Part shown: piece after piece, positions 35,406 through 50,699 of the stretch
Numbering within the stretch: position 1 is the first letter of the stretch
How the letters are laid out: each line of letters opens with the position of its first letter
Assembly (NCBI RefSeq): GCF_964204645.1
Contig: NC_134030.1
Location: 13,384,556 to 13,448,555 of the forward strand
Length of the DNA stretch: 64,000 nucleotides
Origin: Tubulanus polymorphus
Taxonomy: Eukaryota; Animalia; Nemertea
Reading direction: 5' to 3'
The notes under the pieces: model-generated
What the model was told of the DNA's origin: nothing
Seen by the model: the letters and a program-made list of their open reading frames with translations, nothing else
Databases searched by the model: none
Program-made: the position numbers and the translations under genes

Positions 35406-38400
35406 TCAAATCGACGGAAAAAGCACATTTCGACCCGAAAACGTCGTTCAGCGCGAGAAAATACGTTTTCTCATCAAGTTTTCCCCGTATCAAAAAAAAT
35501 GAAATTATCGATGCGCAAAAGCGCTCAAATCGACGGAAAAAGCACATTTCGACCCGAATACTTCGTTCAGCGCGAGAAAAGACGTTTTCTCATCAAGTTT
35601 TCCCCGTATCGAAAAAATGAAAATGTCGATGCGCAAAAGTGCTCAAATCGACGGAAAAAGCACATTTCAACCCGAAAACGTCGTTCAGCGCGAGAAAAGA
35701 CGGTTCTCATCAAGTTTTCCCCGTATCGAAAAAATGAAATTGTCTATGCGCAAAAGTGCTCAAATCAACGGAAAAAGCACATTTCGACCCGAAAACGTCG
35801 TTCAGCGCGAGAAAAGACGTTTTCTCATCAAGTTTTCCCCGTATCGAAAAAATGAAAATGTCGATGCGCAAAAGCGCTCAAATCGACGGGAAAAGCACAT
35901 TTCGACACATTTCGACCCGAAAACGTCGTTCAGCGCGAGAAAAGATGTTTTCTCATCAAGTTTTCTCCGTATCAAAAAAATGAAATTGTCGATGCGCAAA
36001 CGCGCTCAAATCGACGGAAAAAGCACATTTCGACCCGAAAACGTCGTTCAGCGCGAGAAAAGACGTTTTCTCATCAAGTTTTCTCCGAATCGAAAAAATG
36101 AAAATGTCAATGCGCAAAACCGCACAAATCGGCGGGAAAAGCACATTTCGACACATTTGAACCGAAAACGTCGTTCAGCGCGAGAAAAGACGTTTTCTCA
36201 TCAAGTTTTCCCCGTATCAAAAAAAATGAAATTGTCGGTGCGCAAAAGCGCTCAAATCGACGGAAAAAACACATTTCGACCCGAAAACGTCGTTCAGCGC
36301 GAGAAAAGACGTTTTCTCATCAAGTTTTCTCCGAATCGAAAAAATGAAAATGTCAATGCGCAAAACCGCACAAATCGGCGGGAAAAGCACATTTCGACAC
36401 ATTTGAACCGAAAACGTCGTTCAGCGCGAGAAAAAACGTTTTCTCATCAAGTTATCCCCGTATCGAAAAAAATGAAAATGTCGGTGCGCAAAAGTGCTGA
36501 AATCGACGGGAAAAGCACATTTCGACCCGAAAACGTCGTTCAGCGCGAGAAAAGACGTTTTCTCATCAAGTTTTCCCCGTATCAATAAAAATGAAATTGT
36601 CGATGCGCAAAAGCTCTCAAATCGACGGAAAAAGCACATTTCGACCCGAAAACGTCGTTCAGCGCGAGAAAATACGTTTTCTCATCAAGTTTTCCCCGTA
36701 TCAAAAAAAATGAAATTGTCGATGCGCAAAAGCGCTCAAATCGACGGAAAAAGCACATTTCGACCCGAAAACGTCTTTCAGCGCGAGAAAAGACGTTTTC
36801 TCATCAAGTTTTCCCCGTTTCGAAAAATGAAAATGTCGATGCGCAAAAGCGCTCAAATCGACGGGAAAAGCACATTTCGACACATTTCGACCCGAAAACG
36901 TCTTTCAGTGCGAGAAAAGACGTTTTCTCATCAGATCTTCCCGTATCGAAAAAATGAAAATGTCGATGCGCAAAAGCGCTCAAATCGACGGGAAAAGCAC
37001 ATTTCGAAACGAAAACGTCTTTCAGCGCGTGAAAAGACGTTTCCTCATCAGATCTTCCACGCATCGAAAACAATGAAAAATGAAATTGTCGATGCGCAAA
37101 AGCGCTCAAATCGACGGGAAAAGCAAATTTCGACACATTTCGACCCGAAAACGTCTTTCAGCGCGAGAAAAGACGTTTTCTCATCAGATCTACCCCGTAT
37201 CGAAAAAATGAAAATGTCGATGCGCAAAAGCGCTCAAATCGACGGGAAAAGCACATTTCGACCCGAAAACGTCGTTCAGCGCGACAAAAGATGTTTTCTC
37301 ATCAGATCTTCCCCGTATCGAATAAATGAACATGTCGATATGCAAAAGCGCTCAAATCGACGGGAAAAGCACATTTCGACCCGAAAACGTCGTTCAGCGC
37401 GAGAAAAGACGTTTTCTCATCAAGTGTTCCCCGTATCGAAAAAATGAAAATATCGATGCGCAGAAGCGCTCAAATCGATTGTAAAAGCACATTTCGACAC
37501 ATTTCGACCCGAAAACGTCGTTCAGCGCGAGAAAAGACGTTTTCTCATCAAGTTTTCCCCATATCGAAAAAATGAAAATATCGATGCGCAAAAGTGCTCA
37601 AATCGACGGAAAAAGCACATTTCGACCCGAAAACGTCGTTCAGTGCGAGAAAAGACGTTTTCTCATCAAGTTTTCTCCGTATCGAAAAAATGAAATTGTC
37701 TTTGCGCAAAAGTGCTCAAATCGACGGAAAAAGCACATTTCGACACGAAAACGTCGTTCAGCGCGAGAAAAGACGTTTTCTCATCAAGTTTTCCCCGTAT
37801 CGAAAAAAGGAAAATGTCGGTGCGCAAAAGGGCTCAAATCGACGGGAAAAGTACATTTCGACACATTTCGAACTGAAAACGTCGTTCAGCGCGAGAAAAG
37901 ACGTTTTCTCATCAAGTTTTCCCCGTATCAAAAAAATGAAATTGTCGATGCGCAAAAGCGCTCAAATCGACGGGAAAAGCACATTTCTACCCGAAAATTG
38001 CGTTCAGCGCGAGAAAAGACGTTTTCTCATCAAGTTTTCCCCGTATCGAAAAAAATGAAAATGTCGATGCGCAAAAGCGCTCAAATCGACGGGAAAAGCA
38101 CATTTCGACACATTTCGACCCGAAAACGTCGTTCAGTGCGAGAAAAGACGTTTTCTCATCAGATCTACCCCGTATCGAAAAAATGAAAATGTCGATGCGC
38201 AAAAGCGCTCAAATCGACGGGAAAAGCACATTTCGACCCGAAAACGTCGTTCAGCGCGACAAAAGATGTTTTCTCATCAGATCTTCCCCGTATCGAATAA
38301 ATGAACATGTCGATATGCAAAAGCGCTCAAATCGACGGGAAAAGCACATTTCGACCCGAAAACGTCGTTCAGCGCGAGAAAAGACGTTTTCTCATCAAGT

Positions 38401-41400
38401 GTTTCCCGTATCGAAAAAATGAAAATATCGATGCGCAGAAGCGCTCAAATCGATTGTAAAAGCACATTTCGACACATTTCGACCCGAAAACGTCGTTCAG
38501 CGCGAGAAAAGACGTTTTCTCATCAGATCTACCCCGTATCGAAAAAATGAAAATGTCGATGCGCAAAAGCGCTCAAATCGACGGGAAAAGCACATTTCGA
38601 CCCGAAAACGTCGTTCAGCGCGACAAAAGATGTTTTCTCATCAGATCTTCCCCGTATCGAATAAATAAACATGTCGATATGCAAAAGCGCTCAAATCGAC
38701 GGGAAAAGCACATTTCGACACATTTCGACCCGAAAACGTCTTTCAGCGCGAGAAAAGACGTTTTCTCATCAGATCTACCCCGTATCGAAAAAATGAAAAT
38801 GTCGATGCGCAAAAGCGCTCAAATCGACGGGAAAAGCACATTTCGACCCGAAAACGTCGTTCAGCGCGACAAAAGATGTTTTCTCATCAGATCTTCCCCG
38901 TATCGAATAAATGAACATGTCGATATGCAAAAGCGCTCAAATCGACGGGAAAAGCACATTTCGACCCGAAAACGTCGTTCAGCGCGAGAAAAGACGTTTT
39001 CTCATCAAGTGTTCCCCGTATCGAAAAAATGAAAATATCGATGCGCAGAAGCGCTCAAATCGATTGTAAAAGCACATTTCGACACATTTCGACCCGAAAA
39101 CGTCGTTCAGCGCGAGAAAAGACGTTTTCTCATCAAGTTTTCCCCATATCGAAAAAATGAAAATATCGATGCGCAAAAGTGCTCAAATCGACGGAAAAAG
39201 CACATTTCGACCCGAAAACGTCGTTCAGCGCGAGAAAATACGTTTTCTCATCAAGTTTTCCCCGTATCAAAAAAAATGAAATTATCGATGCGCAAAAGCG
39301 CTCAAATCGACGGAAAAAGCACATTTCGACCCGAATACTTCGTTCAGCGCGAGAAAAGACGTTTTCTCATCAAGTTTTCCCCGTATCGAAAAAATGAAAA
39401 TGTCGATGCGCAAAAGTGCTCAAATCGACGGAAAAAGCACATTTCAACCCGAAAACGTCGTTCAGCGCGAGAAAAGACGGTTCTCATCAAGTTTTCCCCG
39501 TATCGAAAAAATGAAATTGTCTATGCGCAAAAGTGCTCAAATCAACGGAAAAAGCACATTTCGACCCGAAAACGTCGTTCAGCGCGAGAAAAGACGTTTT
39601 CCTCATCAAGTTTTCCCCGTATCGAAAAAATGAAAATGTCGATGCGCAAAAGCGCTCAAATCGACGGGAAAAGCACATTTCGACACATTTCGACCCGAAA
39701 ACGTCGTTCAGCGCGAGAAAAGATGTTTTCTCATCAAGTTTTCTCCGTATCAAAAAAATGAAATTGTCGATGCGCAAACGCGCTCAAATCGACGGAAAAA
39801 GCACATTTCGACCCGAAAACGTCGTTCAGCGCGAGAAAAGACGTTTTCTCATCAAGTTTTCTCCGAATCGAAAAAATGAAAATGTCAATGCGCAAAACCG
39901 CACAAATCGGCGGGAAAAGCACATTTCGACACATTTGAACCGAAAACGTCGTTCAGCGCGAGAAAAGACGTTTTCTCATCAAGTTTTCCCCGTATCAAAA
40001 AAAATGAAATTGTCGGTGCGCAAAAGCGCTCAAATCGACGGAAAAAACACATTTCGACCCGAAAACGTCGTTCAGCGCGAGAAAAGACGTTTTCTCATCA
40101 AGTTTTCTCCGAATCGAAAAAATGAAAATGTCAATGCGCAAAACCGCACAAATCGGCGGGAAAAGCACATTTCGACACATTTGAACCGAAAACGTCGTTC
40201 AGCGCGAGAAAAAACGTTTTCTCATCAAGTTATCCCCGTATCGAAAAAAATGAAAATGTCGGTGCGCAAAAGTGCTGAAATCGACGGGAAAAGCACATTT
40301 CGACCCGAAAACGTCGTTCAGCGCGAGAAAAGACGTTTTCTCATCAAGTTTTCCCCGTATCAATAAAAATGAAATTGTCGATGCGCAAAAGCTCTCAAAT
40401 CGACGGAAAAAGCACATTTCGACCCGAAAACGTCGTTCAGCGCGAGAAAATACGTTTTCTCATCAAGTTTTCCCCGTATCAAAAAAAATGAAATTGTCGA
40501 TGCGCAAAAGCGCTCAAATCGACGGAAAAAGCACATTTCGACCCGAAAACGTCTTTCAGCGCGAGAAAAGACGTTTTCTCATCAAGTTTTCCCCGTTTCG
40601 AAAAATGAAAATGTCGATGCGCAAAAGCGCTCAAATCGACGGGAAAAGCACATTTCGACACATTTCGACCCGAAAACGTCTTTCAGTGCGAGAAAAGACG
40701 TTTTCTCATCAGATCTTCCCGTATCGAAAAAATGAAAATGTCGATGCGCAAAAGCGCTCAAATCGACGGGAAAAGCACATTTCGAAACGAAAACGTCTTT
40801 CAGCGCGTGAAAAGACGTTTCCTCATCAGATCTTCCACGCATCGAAAACAATGAAAAATGAAATTGTCGATGCGCAAAAGCGCTCAAATCGACGGGAAAA
40901 GCAAATTTCGACACATTTCGACCCGAAAACGTCTTTCAGCGCGAGAAAAGACGTTTTCTCATCAGATCTACCCCGTATCGAAAAAATGAAAATGTCGATG
41001 CGCAAAAGCGCTCAAATCGACGGGAAAAGCACATTTCGACCCGAAAACGTCGTTCAGCGCGACAAAAGATGTTTTCTCATCAGATCTTCCCCGTATCGAA
41101 TAAATGAACATGTCGATATGCAAAAGCGCTCAAATCGACGGGAAAAGCACATTTCGACCCGAAAACGTCGTTCAGCGCGAGAAAAGACGTTTTCTCATCA
41201 AGTGTTCCCCGTATCGAAAAAATGAAAATATCGATGCGCAGAAGCGCTCAAATCGATTGTAAAAGCACATTTCGACACATTTCGACCCGAAAACGTCGTT
41301 CAGCGCGAGAAAAGACGTTTTCTCATCAAGTTTTCCCCATATCGAAAAAATGAAAATATCGATGCGCAAAAGTGCTCAAATCGACGGAAAAAGCACATTT

Positions 41401-42961
41401 CGACCCGAAAACGTCGTTCAGTGCGAGAAAAGACGTTTTCTCATCAAGTTTTCTCCGTATCGAAAAAATGAAATTGTCTTTGCGCAAAAGTGCTCAAATC
41501 GACGGAAAAAGCACATTTCGACACGAAAACGTCGTTCAGCGCGAGAAAAGACGTTTTCTCATCAAGTTTTCCCCGTATCGAAAAAAGGAAAATGTCGGTG
41601 CGCAAAAGGGCTCAAATCGACGGGAAAAGTACATTTCGACACATTTCGAACTGAAAACGTCGTTCAGCGCGAGAAAAGACGTTTTCTCATCAAGTTTTCC
41701 CCGTATCAAAAAAATGAAATTGTCGATGCGCAAAAGCGCTCAAATCGACGGGAAAAGCACATTTCTACCCGAAAATTGCGTTCAGCGCGAGAAAAGACGT
41801 TTTCTCATCAAGTTTTCCCCGTATCGAAAAAAATGAAAATGTCGATGCGCAAAAGCGCTCAAATCGACGGGAAAAGCACATTTCGACACATTTCGACCCG
41901 AAAACGTCGTTCAGTGCGAGAAAAGACGTTTTCTCATCAGATCTACCCCGTATCGAAAAAATGAAAATGTCGATGCGCAAAAGCGCTCAAATCGACGGGA
42001 AAAGCACATTTCGACCCGAAAACGTCGTTCAGCGCGACAAAAGATGTTTTCTCATCAGATCTTCCCCGTATCGAATAAATGAACATGTCGATATGCAAAA
42101 GCGCTCAAATCGACGGGAAAAGCACATTTCGACCCGAAAACGTCGTTCAGCGCGAGAAAAGACGTTTTCTCATCAAGTGTTTCCCGTATCGAAAAAATGA
42201 AAATATCGATGCGCAGAAGCGCTCAAATCGATTGTAAAAGCACATTTCGACACATTTCGACCCGAAAACGTCGTTCAGCGCGAGAAAAGACGTTTTCTCA
42301 TCAGATCTACCCCGTATCGAAAAAATGAAAATGTCGATGCGCAAAAGCGCTCAAATCGACGGGAAAAGCACATTTCGACCCGAAAACGTCGTTCAGCGCG
42401 ACAAAAGATGTTTTCTCATCAGATCTTCCCCGTATCGAATAAATAAACATGTCGATATGCAAAAGCGCTCAAATCGACGGGAAAAGCACATTTCGACACA
42501 TTTCGACCCGAAAACGTCTTTCAGCGCGAGAAAAGACGTTTTCTCATCAGATCTACCCCGTATCGAAAAAATGAAAATGTCGATGCGCAAAAGCGCTCAA
42601 ATCGACGGGAAAAGCACATTTCGACCCGAAAACGTCGTTCAGCGCGACAAAAGATGTTTTCTCATCAGATCTTCCCCGTATCGAATAAATGAACATGTCG
42701 ATATGCAAAAGCGCTCAAATCGACGGGAAAAGCACATTTCGACCCGAAAACGTCGTTCAGCGCGAGAAAAGACGTTTTCTCATCAAGTGTTCCCCGTATC
42801 GAAAAAATGAAAATATCGATGCGCAGAAGCGCTCAAATCGATTGTAAAAGCACATTTCGACACATTTCGACCCGAAAACGTCGTTCAGCGCGAGAAAAGA
42901 CGTTTTCTCATCAAGTTTTCCCCATATCGAAAAAATGAAAATATCGATGCGCAAAAGTGCT
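35406..42961 (+). repeat. Near-perfect 3778-bp higher-order tandem duplication (about 31 monomers)
   Basis: Identical variant strings and ORFs are offset by 3778 (36494/40272, 37572/41350, 38547/42325). Boundaries approximate. Confidence 0.9.
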
Positions 42962-45900
42962 CAAATCGACGGAAAAAGCACATTTCGACCCGAAAACGTC
43001 GTTCAGCGCGAGAAAAGACGTTTTCTCATCAAGTTTTCTCCGTATCGAAAAAATGAAATTGTCTTTGCGCAAAAGTGCTCAAATCGACGGAAAAAGCACA
43101 TTTCGACACGAAAACGTCGTTCAGCGCGAGAAAAGACGTTTTCTCATCAAGTTTTCCCCGTATCGAAAAAAGGAAAATGTCGGTGCGCAAAAGGGCTCAA
43201 ATCGACGGGAAAAGTACATTTCGACACATTTCGAACTGAAAACGTCGTTCAGCGCGAGAAAAGACGTTTTCTCATCAAGTTTTCCCCGTATCAAAAAAAT
43301 GAAATTGTCGATGCGCAAAAGCGCTCAAATCGACGGGAAAAGCACATTTCTACCCGAAAATTGCGTTCAGCGCGAGAAAAGACGTTTTCTCATCAAGTTT
43401 TCCCCGTATCGAAAAAAATGAAAATGTCGATGCGCAAAAGCGCTCAAATCGACGGGAAAAGCACATTTCGACACATTTCGACCCGAAAACGTCGTTCAGT
43501 GCGAGAAAAGATGTTTTCTCGTCAAGTTTTCTCGGTATCGAAAAAATGAAATTGTCGATGCGCAAAAGCGCTCAAATCGACGGAAAAAGCACATTTCGAC
43601 CAGAAAACGTCGTTCAGCGCGAGAAAAGACGTTTTCTCATCAAGTTTTCCCCGTATCGAAAAAATGAAAATGTCGATGCGCAAAAGCGCTCAAATCGACG
43701 GGAAAAGTACATTTCGACATATTTCGACCCGAAAACGTCGTTCAGCGCGAGAAAAGATTTTTTCTCATCAAGTTTTCTCCGTATCGAAAAAATGAAAATG
43801 TCGATGCGCAAAAGCGCTCAAATCGACGGAAAAAGCACATTTCGACACATTTCGACCCGAAAACGTCGTTCAGCGCGAGAAAAGATGTTTTCTCATCAAG
43901 TTTTCTCCGTATCGAAAAAATGAAATTGTCGATGCGCAAAAGCGCTCAAATCGACGGAAAAAGCACATTTCGACCAGAAAACGTCATTCAACGCGAGAAA
44001 AGACGTTTTGTCATCAAGTTTTCCCCGTATCGAAAAAAATGAAAATGTCAATGCGCAAAAGCGCTCAAATCGACGGGAAAAGCACATTTCGACATATTTC
44101 GACCCGAAAACGTCGTTCAGTGCGAGAAAAGATGTTTTCTCATCAAGTTTTTTCCGTATCGAAAAAATGAAATTGTCGTTCCGCAAAAGCGCTCAAATCG
44201 ACGGAAAAAGCACATTTCGACCAGAAAACGTCGTTCAGCGCGAGAAAAGACGTTTTCTCATCAAGTTTTCCCCGTATCAAATAAAAATGAAATTGTCGAT
44301 GCGCAAAAGCTCTCAAATCGACGGAAAAAGCACATTTCGACCCGAAAACGTCGTTCAGCGCGAGAAAATACGTTTTCTCATCAAGTTTTCCCCGTATCAA
44401 AAAAAATGAAATTGTCGATGCGCAAAAGCGCTCAAATCGACGGAAAAAGCACATTTCGACCCGAATACTTCGTTCAGCGCGAGAAAAGACGTTTTCTCAT
44501 CAAGTTTTCCCCGTATCGAAAAAATGAAAATGTCGATGCGCAAACGTGCTCAAATCGACGGAAAAAGCACATTTCAACCCGAAAACGTCGTTCAGCGCGA
44601 GAAAAGACGTTTTCTCATCAAGTTTTCCCGTATCGAAAAAATGAAATTGTCTATGCGCAAAAGTGCTCAAATCAACGGAAAAAGCACATTTCGACCCGAA
44701 AACGTCGTTCAGCGCGAGAAAAGACGTTTTCTCATCAAGTTTTCCCCGTATCGAAAAAATGAAAATGTCGATGCGCAAAAGCGCTCAAATCGACGGGAAA
44801 AGCACATTTCGACACATTTCGACCCGAAAACGTCGTTCAGCGCGAGAAAAGATGTTTTCTCATCAAGTTTTCTCCGTATCAAAAAAATGAAATTGTCGAT
44901 GCGCAAACGCGCTCAAATCGACGGAAAAAGCACATTTCGACCCGAAAACGTCGTTCAGCGCGAGAAAAGACGTTTTCTCATCAAGTTTTCTCCGAATCGA
45001 AAAAATGAAAATGTCAATGCGCAAAACCGCACAAATCGGCGGCAAAAGCACATTTCGACACATTTGAACCGAAAACGTCGTTCAGCGCGAGAAAAGACGT
45101 TTTCTCATCAAGTTTTCCCCGTATCAAAAAAAATGAAATTGTCGGTGCGCAAAAGCGCTCAAATCGACGGAAAAAACACATTTCGACCCGAAAACGTCGT
45201 TCAGCGCGAGAAAAGACGTTTTCTCATCAAGTTTTCTCCGAATCGAAAAAATGAAAATGTCAATGCGCAAAACCGCACAAATCGGCGGGAAAAGCACATT
45301 TCGACACATTTGAACCGAAAACGTCGTTCAGCGCGAGAAAAAACGTTTTCTCATCAGGTTATCCCCGTATCGAAAAAAATGAAAATGTCGGTGCGCAAAA
45401 GTGCTGAAATCGACGGGAAAAGCACATTTCGACCCGAAAACGTCGTTCAGCGCGAGAAAAGACGTTTTCTCATCAAGTTTTCTCCGTATCGAAAAATAAA
45501 ATTGTCGATGCGCAAAAGCGCTCAAATCGACGGGAAAAGCACATTTCGACCCGAAAACGTTTTTCAGCGCGAGAAAAGACGTTTTCTCATCAGATCTTCT
45601 CTGTATCGAAAAACGAAAATGTCGATGCGCAAAAGCGCTCAAATCGACGGGAAAAGCACATTTCGAAACGAAAACGTATTTCAGCGCGTGAAAAGACGTT
45701 TTCTCATCAGATCTTCCCCGTATCGAAAAAATGAAAATGTCGATGCGCAAAACCGCTCAAATCGGCGGGAAAAGCACATTTCGACACATTTGACCCGAAA
45801 AAGTCGTTCAGCGCGAGAAAAGAGGTTTTCTCATCAAGTTTTCCCCGTATCGAAAAAAGGAAAATGTCGATGCGCAAAAGCGCTCAAATCGACGGGAAAA

Positions 45901-48900
45901 GCACATTTCGACCCGAAAACGTCGTTCAGCGCGAGAAAAGACGTTTTCTCATCAGATCTTCCCCGTATCGAAAAATTAAAATGTCGATGCGCAAAACCGC
46001 TCAAATCGGCGGGAAAAGGAAATTTCGACACATTTGACCTGAAAACGTCGTTCAGCGCGAGAAAAGACGTTTTCTCATCAAGTTCTCCCTGTATCGAAAA
46101 AATGGAACTGTCGATGCGCAAAAGCGCTCAAATCGACGGGAAAAGCACATTTCGACCAGAAAACGTCGTTCAGCGCGAGAAAAGACGTTTTCTCACCAAG
46201 TTTTCCCCGTATCGAAAAAAATGAAAATGTCGATGCGCAAAAGCGCTCAAATCGACGGGAAAAGCACATTTCGACACATTTCGACCCGAAAAGTCGTTCA
46301 GTGCGAGAAAAGATGTTTTCTCATCAAGTTTTCTCCGTATCGAAAAAATGAAATTGTCGATGCGCAAAAGCGCTCAAATCGACGGAAAAAGCACATTTCG
46401 ACCAGAAAACGTCGTTCAGCGCGAGAAAAGACGTTTTCTCATTAAGTTTTCCCCGTATCGAAAAAATGAAAATGTCGATGCGCAAAAGCGCTCAAATCGA
46501 CGAGAAAAGCACATTTCGACCCAGAAACGTCGTTCAGCGCGAGAAAAGACGTTTTCTCATCGAGTTTTCCCCGTATCGAAAAAATGAAAATGTCGGTGCG
46601 CAAAAGGGCTCAAATCGACGGGAAAAGCACATTTCGACACATTTCGAACCGAAAACGTCGTTCAGCGCGAGAAAAGACGTTTTCTCATCAAGTTTTCCCC
46701 GTATCAAAAAAATTAAATTGTCGATGCGCAGAAGCGCTCAAATCGACGGGAAAAGCACATTTCTACCCGAAAAGTGCGTTCAGCGCGAGAAAAGACGTTT
46801 TCTCATCAAGTTTTCCCCGTATCGAAAAAAATGAAAATGTCAATGCGCAAAAGCGCTCAAATCGACGGGAAAAGCACATTTCGACATATTTCGACCCGAA
46901 AACGTCGTTCAGTGCGAGAAAAGATGTTTTCTCATCATGTTTTTTCCGTATCGAAAAAATGAAATTGTCGTTCCGCAAAAGCGCTCAAATCGACGGAAAA
47001 AGCACATTTCGACCAGAAAACGTCGTTCAGCGCGAGAAAAGACGTTTTCTCGTCAAGTTTTCCCCGTATCAAAAAAAATGAAATTGTCGATGCGCAAAAG
47101 CTCTCAAATCGACGGAAAAAGCACATTTCGACCCGAAAACGTCGTTCAGCGCGAGAAAAGACGTTTTCTCATCAAGTTTTCCCCGTATCAATAAAAATGA
47201 AATTGTCGATGCGCAAAAGCTCTCAAATCGACGGAAAAAGCACATTTCGACCCGAAAACGTCGTTCAGCGCGAGAAAATACGTTTTCTCATCAAGTTTTC
47301 CCCGTATCAAAAAAAATGAAATTGTCGATGCGCAAAAGCGCTCAAATCGACGGAAAAAGCACATTTCGACCCGAAAACGTCTTTCAGCGCGAGAAAAGAC
47401 GTTTTCTCATCAAGTTTTCCCCGTTTCGAAAAATGAAAATGTCGATGCGCAAAAGCGCTCAAATCGACGGGAAAAGCACATTTCGACACATTTCGACCCG
47501 AAAACGTCTTTCAGTGCGAGAAAAGACGTTTTCTCATCAGATCTTCCCGTATCGAAAAAATGAAAATGTCGATGCGCAAAAGCGCTCAAATCGACGGGAA
47601 AAGCACATTTCGAAACGAAAACGTCTTTCAGCGCGTGAAAAGACGTTTCCTCATCAGATCTTCCACGCATCGAAAACAACGAAAAATGAAATTGTCGATG
47701 CGCAAAAGCGCTCAAATCGACGGGAAAAGCAAATTTCGACACATTTCGACCCGAAAACGTCTTTAAGCGCGAGAAAAGACGTTTTCTCATCAGATCTACC
47801 CCGTATCGAAAAAATTAAAATGTCGATGCGCAAAAGCGCTCAAATCGACGGGAAAAGCACATTTCGACCCGAAAACGTCGTTCAGCGCGACAAAAGATGT
47901 TTTCTCATCAGATCTTCCCCGTATCGAATAAATGAACATGTCGATATGCAAAAGCGCTTCAAATCGACGGGAAAAGCACATTTCGACCCGAAAACGTCGT
48001 TCAGCGCGAGAAAGACGGTTTCTCATCAAGTGTTCCCCGTATCGAAAAAATGAAAATATCGATGCGCAGAAGCGCTCAAATCGATTTGTAAAAGCACATT
48101 TCGACACATTTCGACCCGAAAACGTCGTTCAGCGCGAGAAAAGACGTTTTCTCATCAAGTTTTCCCCATATCGAAAAAATGAAAATATCGATGCGCAAAA
48201 GTGCTCAAATCGACGGAAAAAGCACATTTCGACCCGAAAACGTCGTTCAGTGCGAGAAAAGACGTTTTCTCATCAAGTTTTCTCCGTATCGAAAAAATGA
48301 AATTGTCTTTGCGCAAAAGTGCTCAAATCGACGGAAAAAGCACATTTCGACACGAAAACGTCGTTCAGCGCGAGAAAAGACGTTTTCTCATCAAGTTTTC
48401 CCCGTATCGAAAAAAGGAAAATGTCGGTGCGCAAAAGGGCTCAAATCGACGGGAAAAGTACATTTCGACACATTTCGAACTGAAAACGTCGTTCAGCGCG
48501 AGAAAATACGTTTTCTCATCAAGTTTTCCCCGTATCAAAAAAATGAAATTGTCGATGCGCAAAAGCGCTCAAATCGACGGGAAAAGCACATTTCTACCCG
48601 AAAATTGCGTTCAGCGCGAGAAAAGACGTTTTCTCATCAAGTTTTCCCCGTATCGAAAAAAATGAAAATGTCGATGCGCAAAAGCGCTCAAATCGACGGG
48701 AAAAGCACATTTCGACACATTTCGACCCGAAAACGTCGTTCAGTGCGAGAAAAGATGTTTTCTCGTCAAGTTTTCTCGGTATCGAAAAAATGAAATTGTC
48801 GATGCGCAAAAGCGCTCAAATCGACGGAAAAAGCACATTTCGACCAGAAAACGTCGTTCAGCGCGAGAAAAGACGTTTTCTCATCAAGTTTTCCCCGTAT

Positions 48901-50699
48901 CGAAAAAATGAAAATGTCGATGCGCAAAAGCGCTCAAATCGACGGGAAAAGTACATTTCGACATATTTCGACCCGAAAACGTCGTTAAGCGCGAGAAAAG
49001 ATTTTTTCTCATCAAGTTTTCTCCGTATCGAAAAAATGAAAATGTCGATGCGCAAAAGCGCTCAAATCGACGGAAAAAGCACATTTCGACACATTTCGAC
49101 CCGAAAACGTCGTTCAGCGCGAGAAAAGATGTTTTCTCATCAAGTTTTCTCCGTATCGAAAAAATGAAATTGTCGATGCGCAAAAGCGCTCAAATCGACG
49201 GAAAAAGCACATTTCGACCAGAAAACGTCGTTCAACGCGAGAAAAGACGTTTTGTCATCAAGTTTTCCCCGTATCGAAAAATGAAAATGTCGGTGCGCAA
49301 AAGCGCTCAAATCGACGGGAAAAGCACATTTCGACACATTTCGACCCGAAAACGTCTTTCAGCGCGAGAAAAGACGTTTTCTCGTCAAGTTTTCCCCGTA
49401 TCAAAAAAAATGAAATTGTCGATGCGCAAAAGCTCTCAAATCGACGGAAAAAGCACATTTCGACCCGAAAACGTCGTTCAGCGCGAGAAAAGACGTTTTC
49501 TCATCAAGTTTTCCCCGTATCAAAAAAAATGAAATTGTCGATGCGCAAAAGCGCTCAAATCGACGGAAAAAGCACATTTCGACCCGAAAACGTCTTTCAG
49601 CGCGAGAAAAGACGTTTTCTCATCAAGTTTTCCCCGTATCAAAAAAAATGAAATTGTCGATGCGCAAAAGCTCTCAAATCGACGGAAAAAGCACATTTCG
49701 ACCCGAAAACGTCGTTTAGCGCGAGAAAAGACGTTTTCTCATCAAGTTTTCCCCGTATCAAAAAAAAATGAAATTGTCGATGCGCAAAAGCGCTCAAATC
49801 GACGGGAAAAGTACATTTCGACATATTTCGACCCGAAAACGTCGTTCAGCGCGAGAAAAGATGTTTTCTCATCAAGTTTTCTCCGTATCGAAAAAATGAA
49901 AATGTCGGTGCGCAAAAGCGCTCAAATCGACGGGAAAAGCACATTTCGACACATTTCGACCCGAAAACGTCGTTCAGCGCGAGAAAAGATGTTTTCTCAT
50001 CAAGTTTTCTCCGTATCGAAAAAATGAAATTGTCGATGCGCAAAAGCGCTCAAATCGACGGAAAAAGCACATTTCGACCAGAAAACGTCGATCAACGCGA
50101 GAAAAGACGTTTTGTCATCAAGTTTTCCCCGTATCGAAAAAATGAAAATGTCGGTGCGCAAAAGCGCTCAAATCGACGGGAAAAGCACATTTCGACACAT
50201 TTCGACCCGAAAACGTCTTTCAGCGCGAGAAAAGACGTTTTCTCGTCAAGTTTTCCCCGTATCAAAAAAAATGAAATTGTCGATGCGCAAAAGCTCTCAA
50301 ATCGACGGAAAAAAGCACATTTCAAACCGAAAACGTCGTTCAGCGCGAGAAAAGACGTTTTCTCATCAAGTTTTCCCCGTATCAAAAAAAATGAAATTGT
50401 CGATGCGCAAAAGCGCTCAAATCGACGGAAAAAGTACATTTCGACCCGAAAACGTCTTTCAGCGCGAGAAAAGACGTTTTCTCATCAAGTTTTCCCCGTT
50501 TCGAAAAAGGAAAGTGTCGATGCGCAAAAGCGCTCAAATCGACGAGAAAAGCACATTTCGACCCGAAAACGTCGTTCAGCGCGAGAAAAGACGTTTTCTC
50601 ATCAAGTTTTCCCCGTGTCGAAAAAATGAAAATGTCGATGCGCAAAAGCGCTCAAATCGACGGGAAAAGTACATTTCGACACATTTCGACCCGAAAACG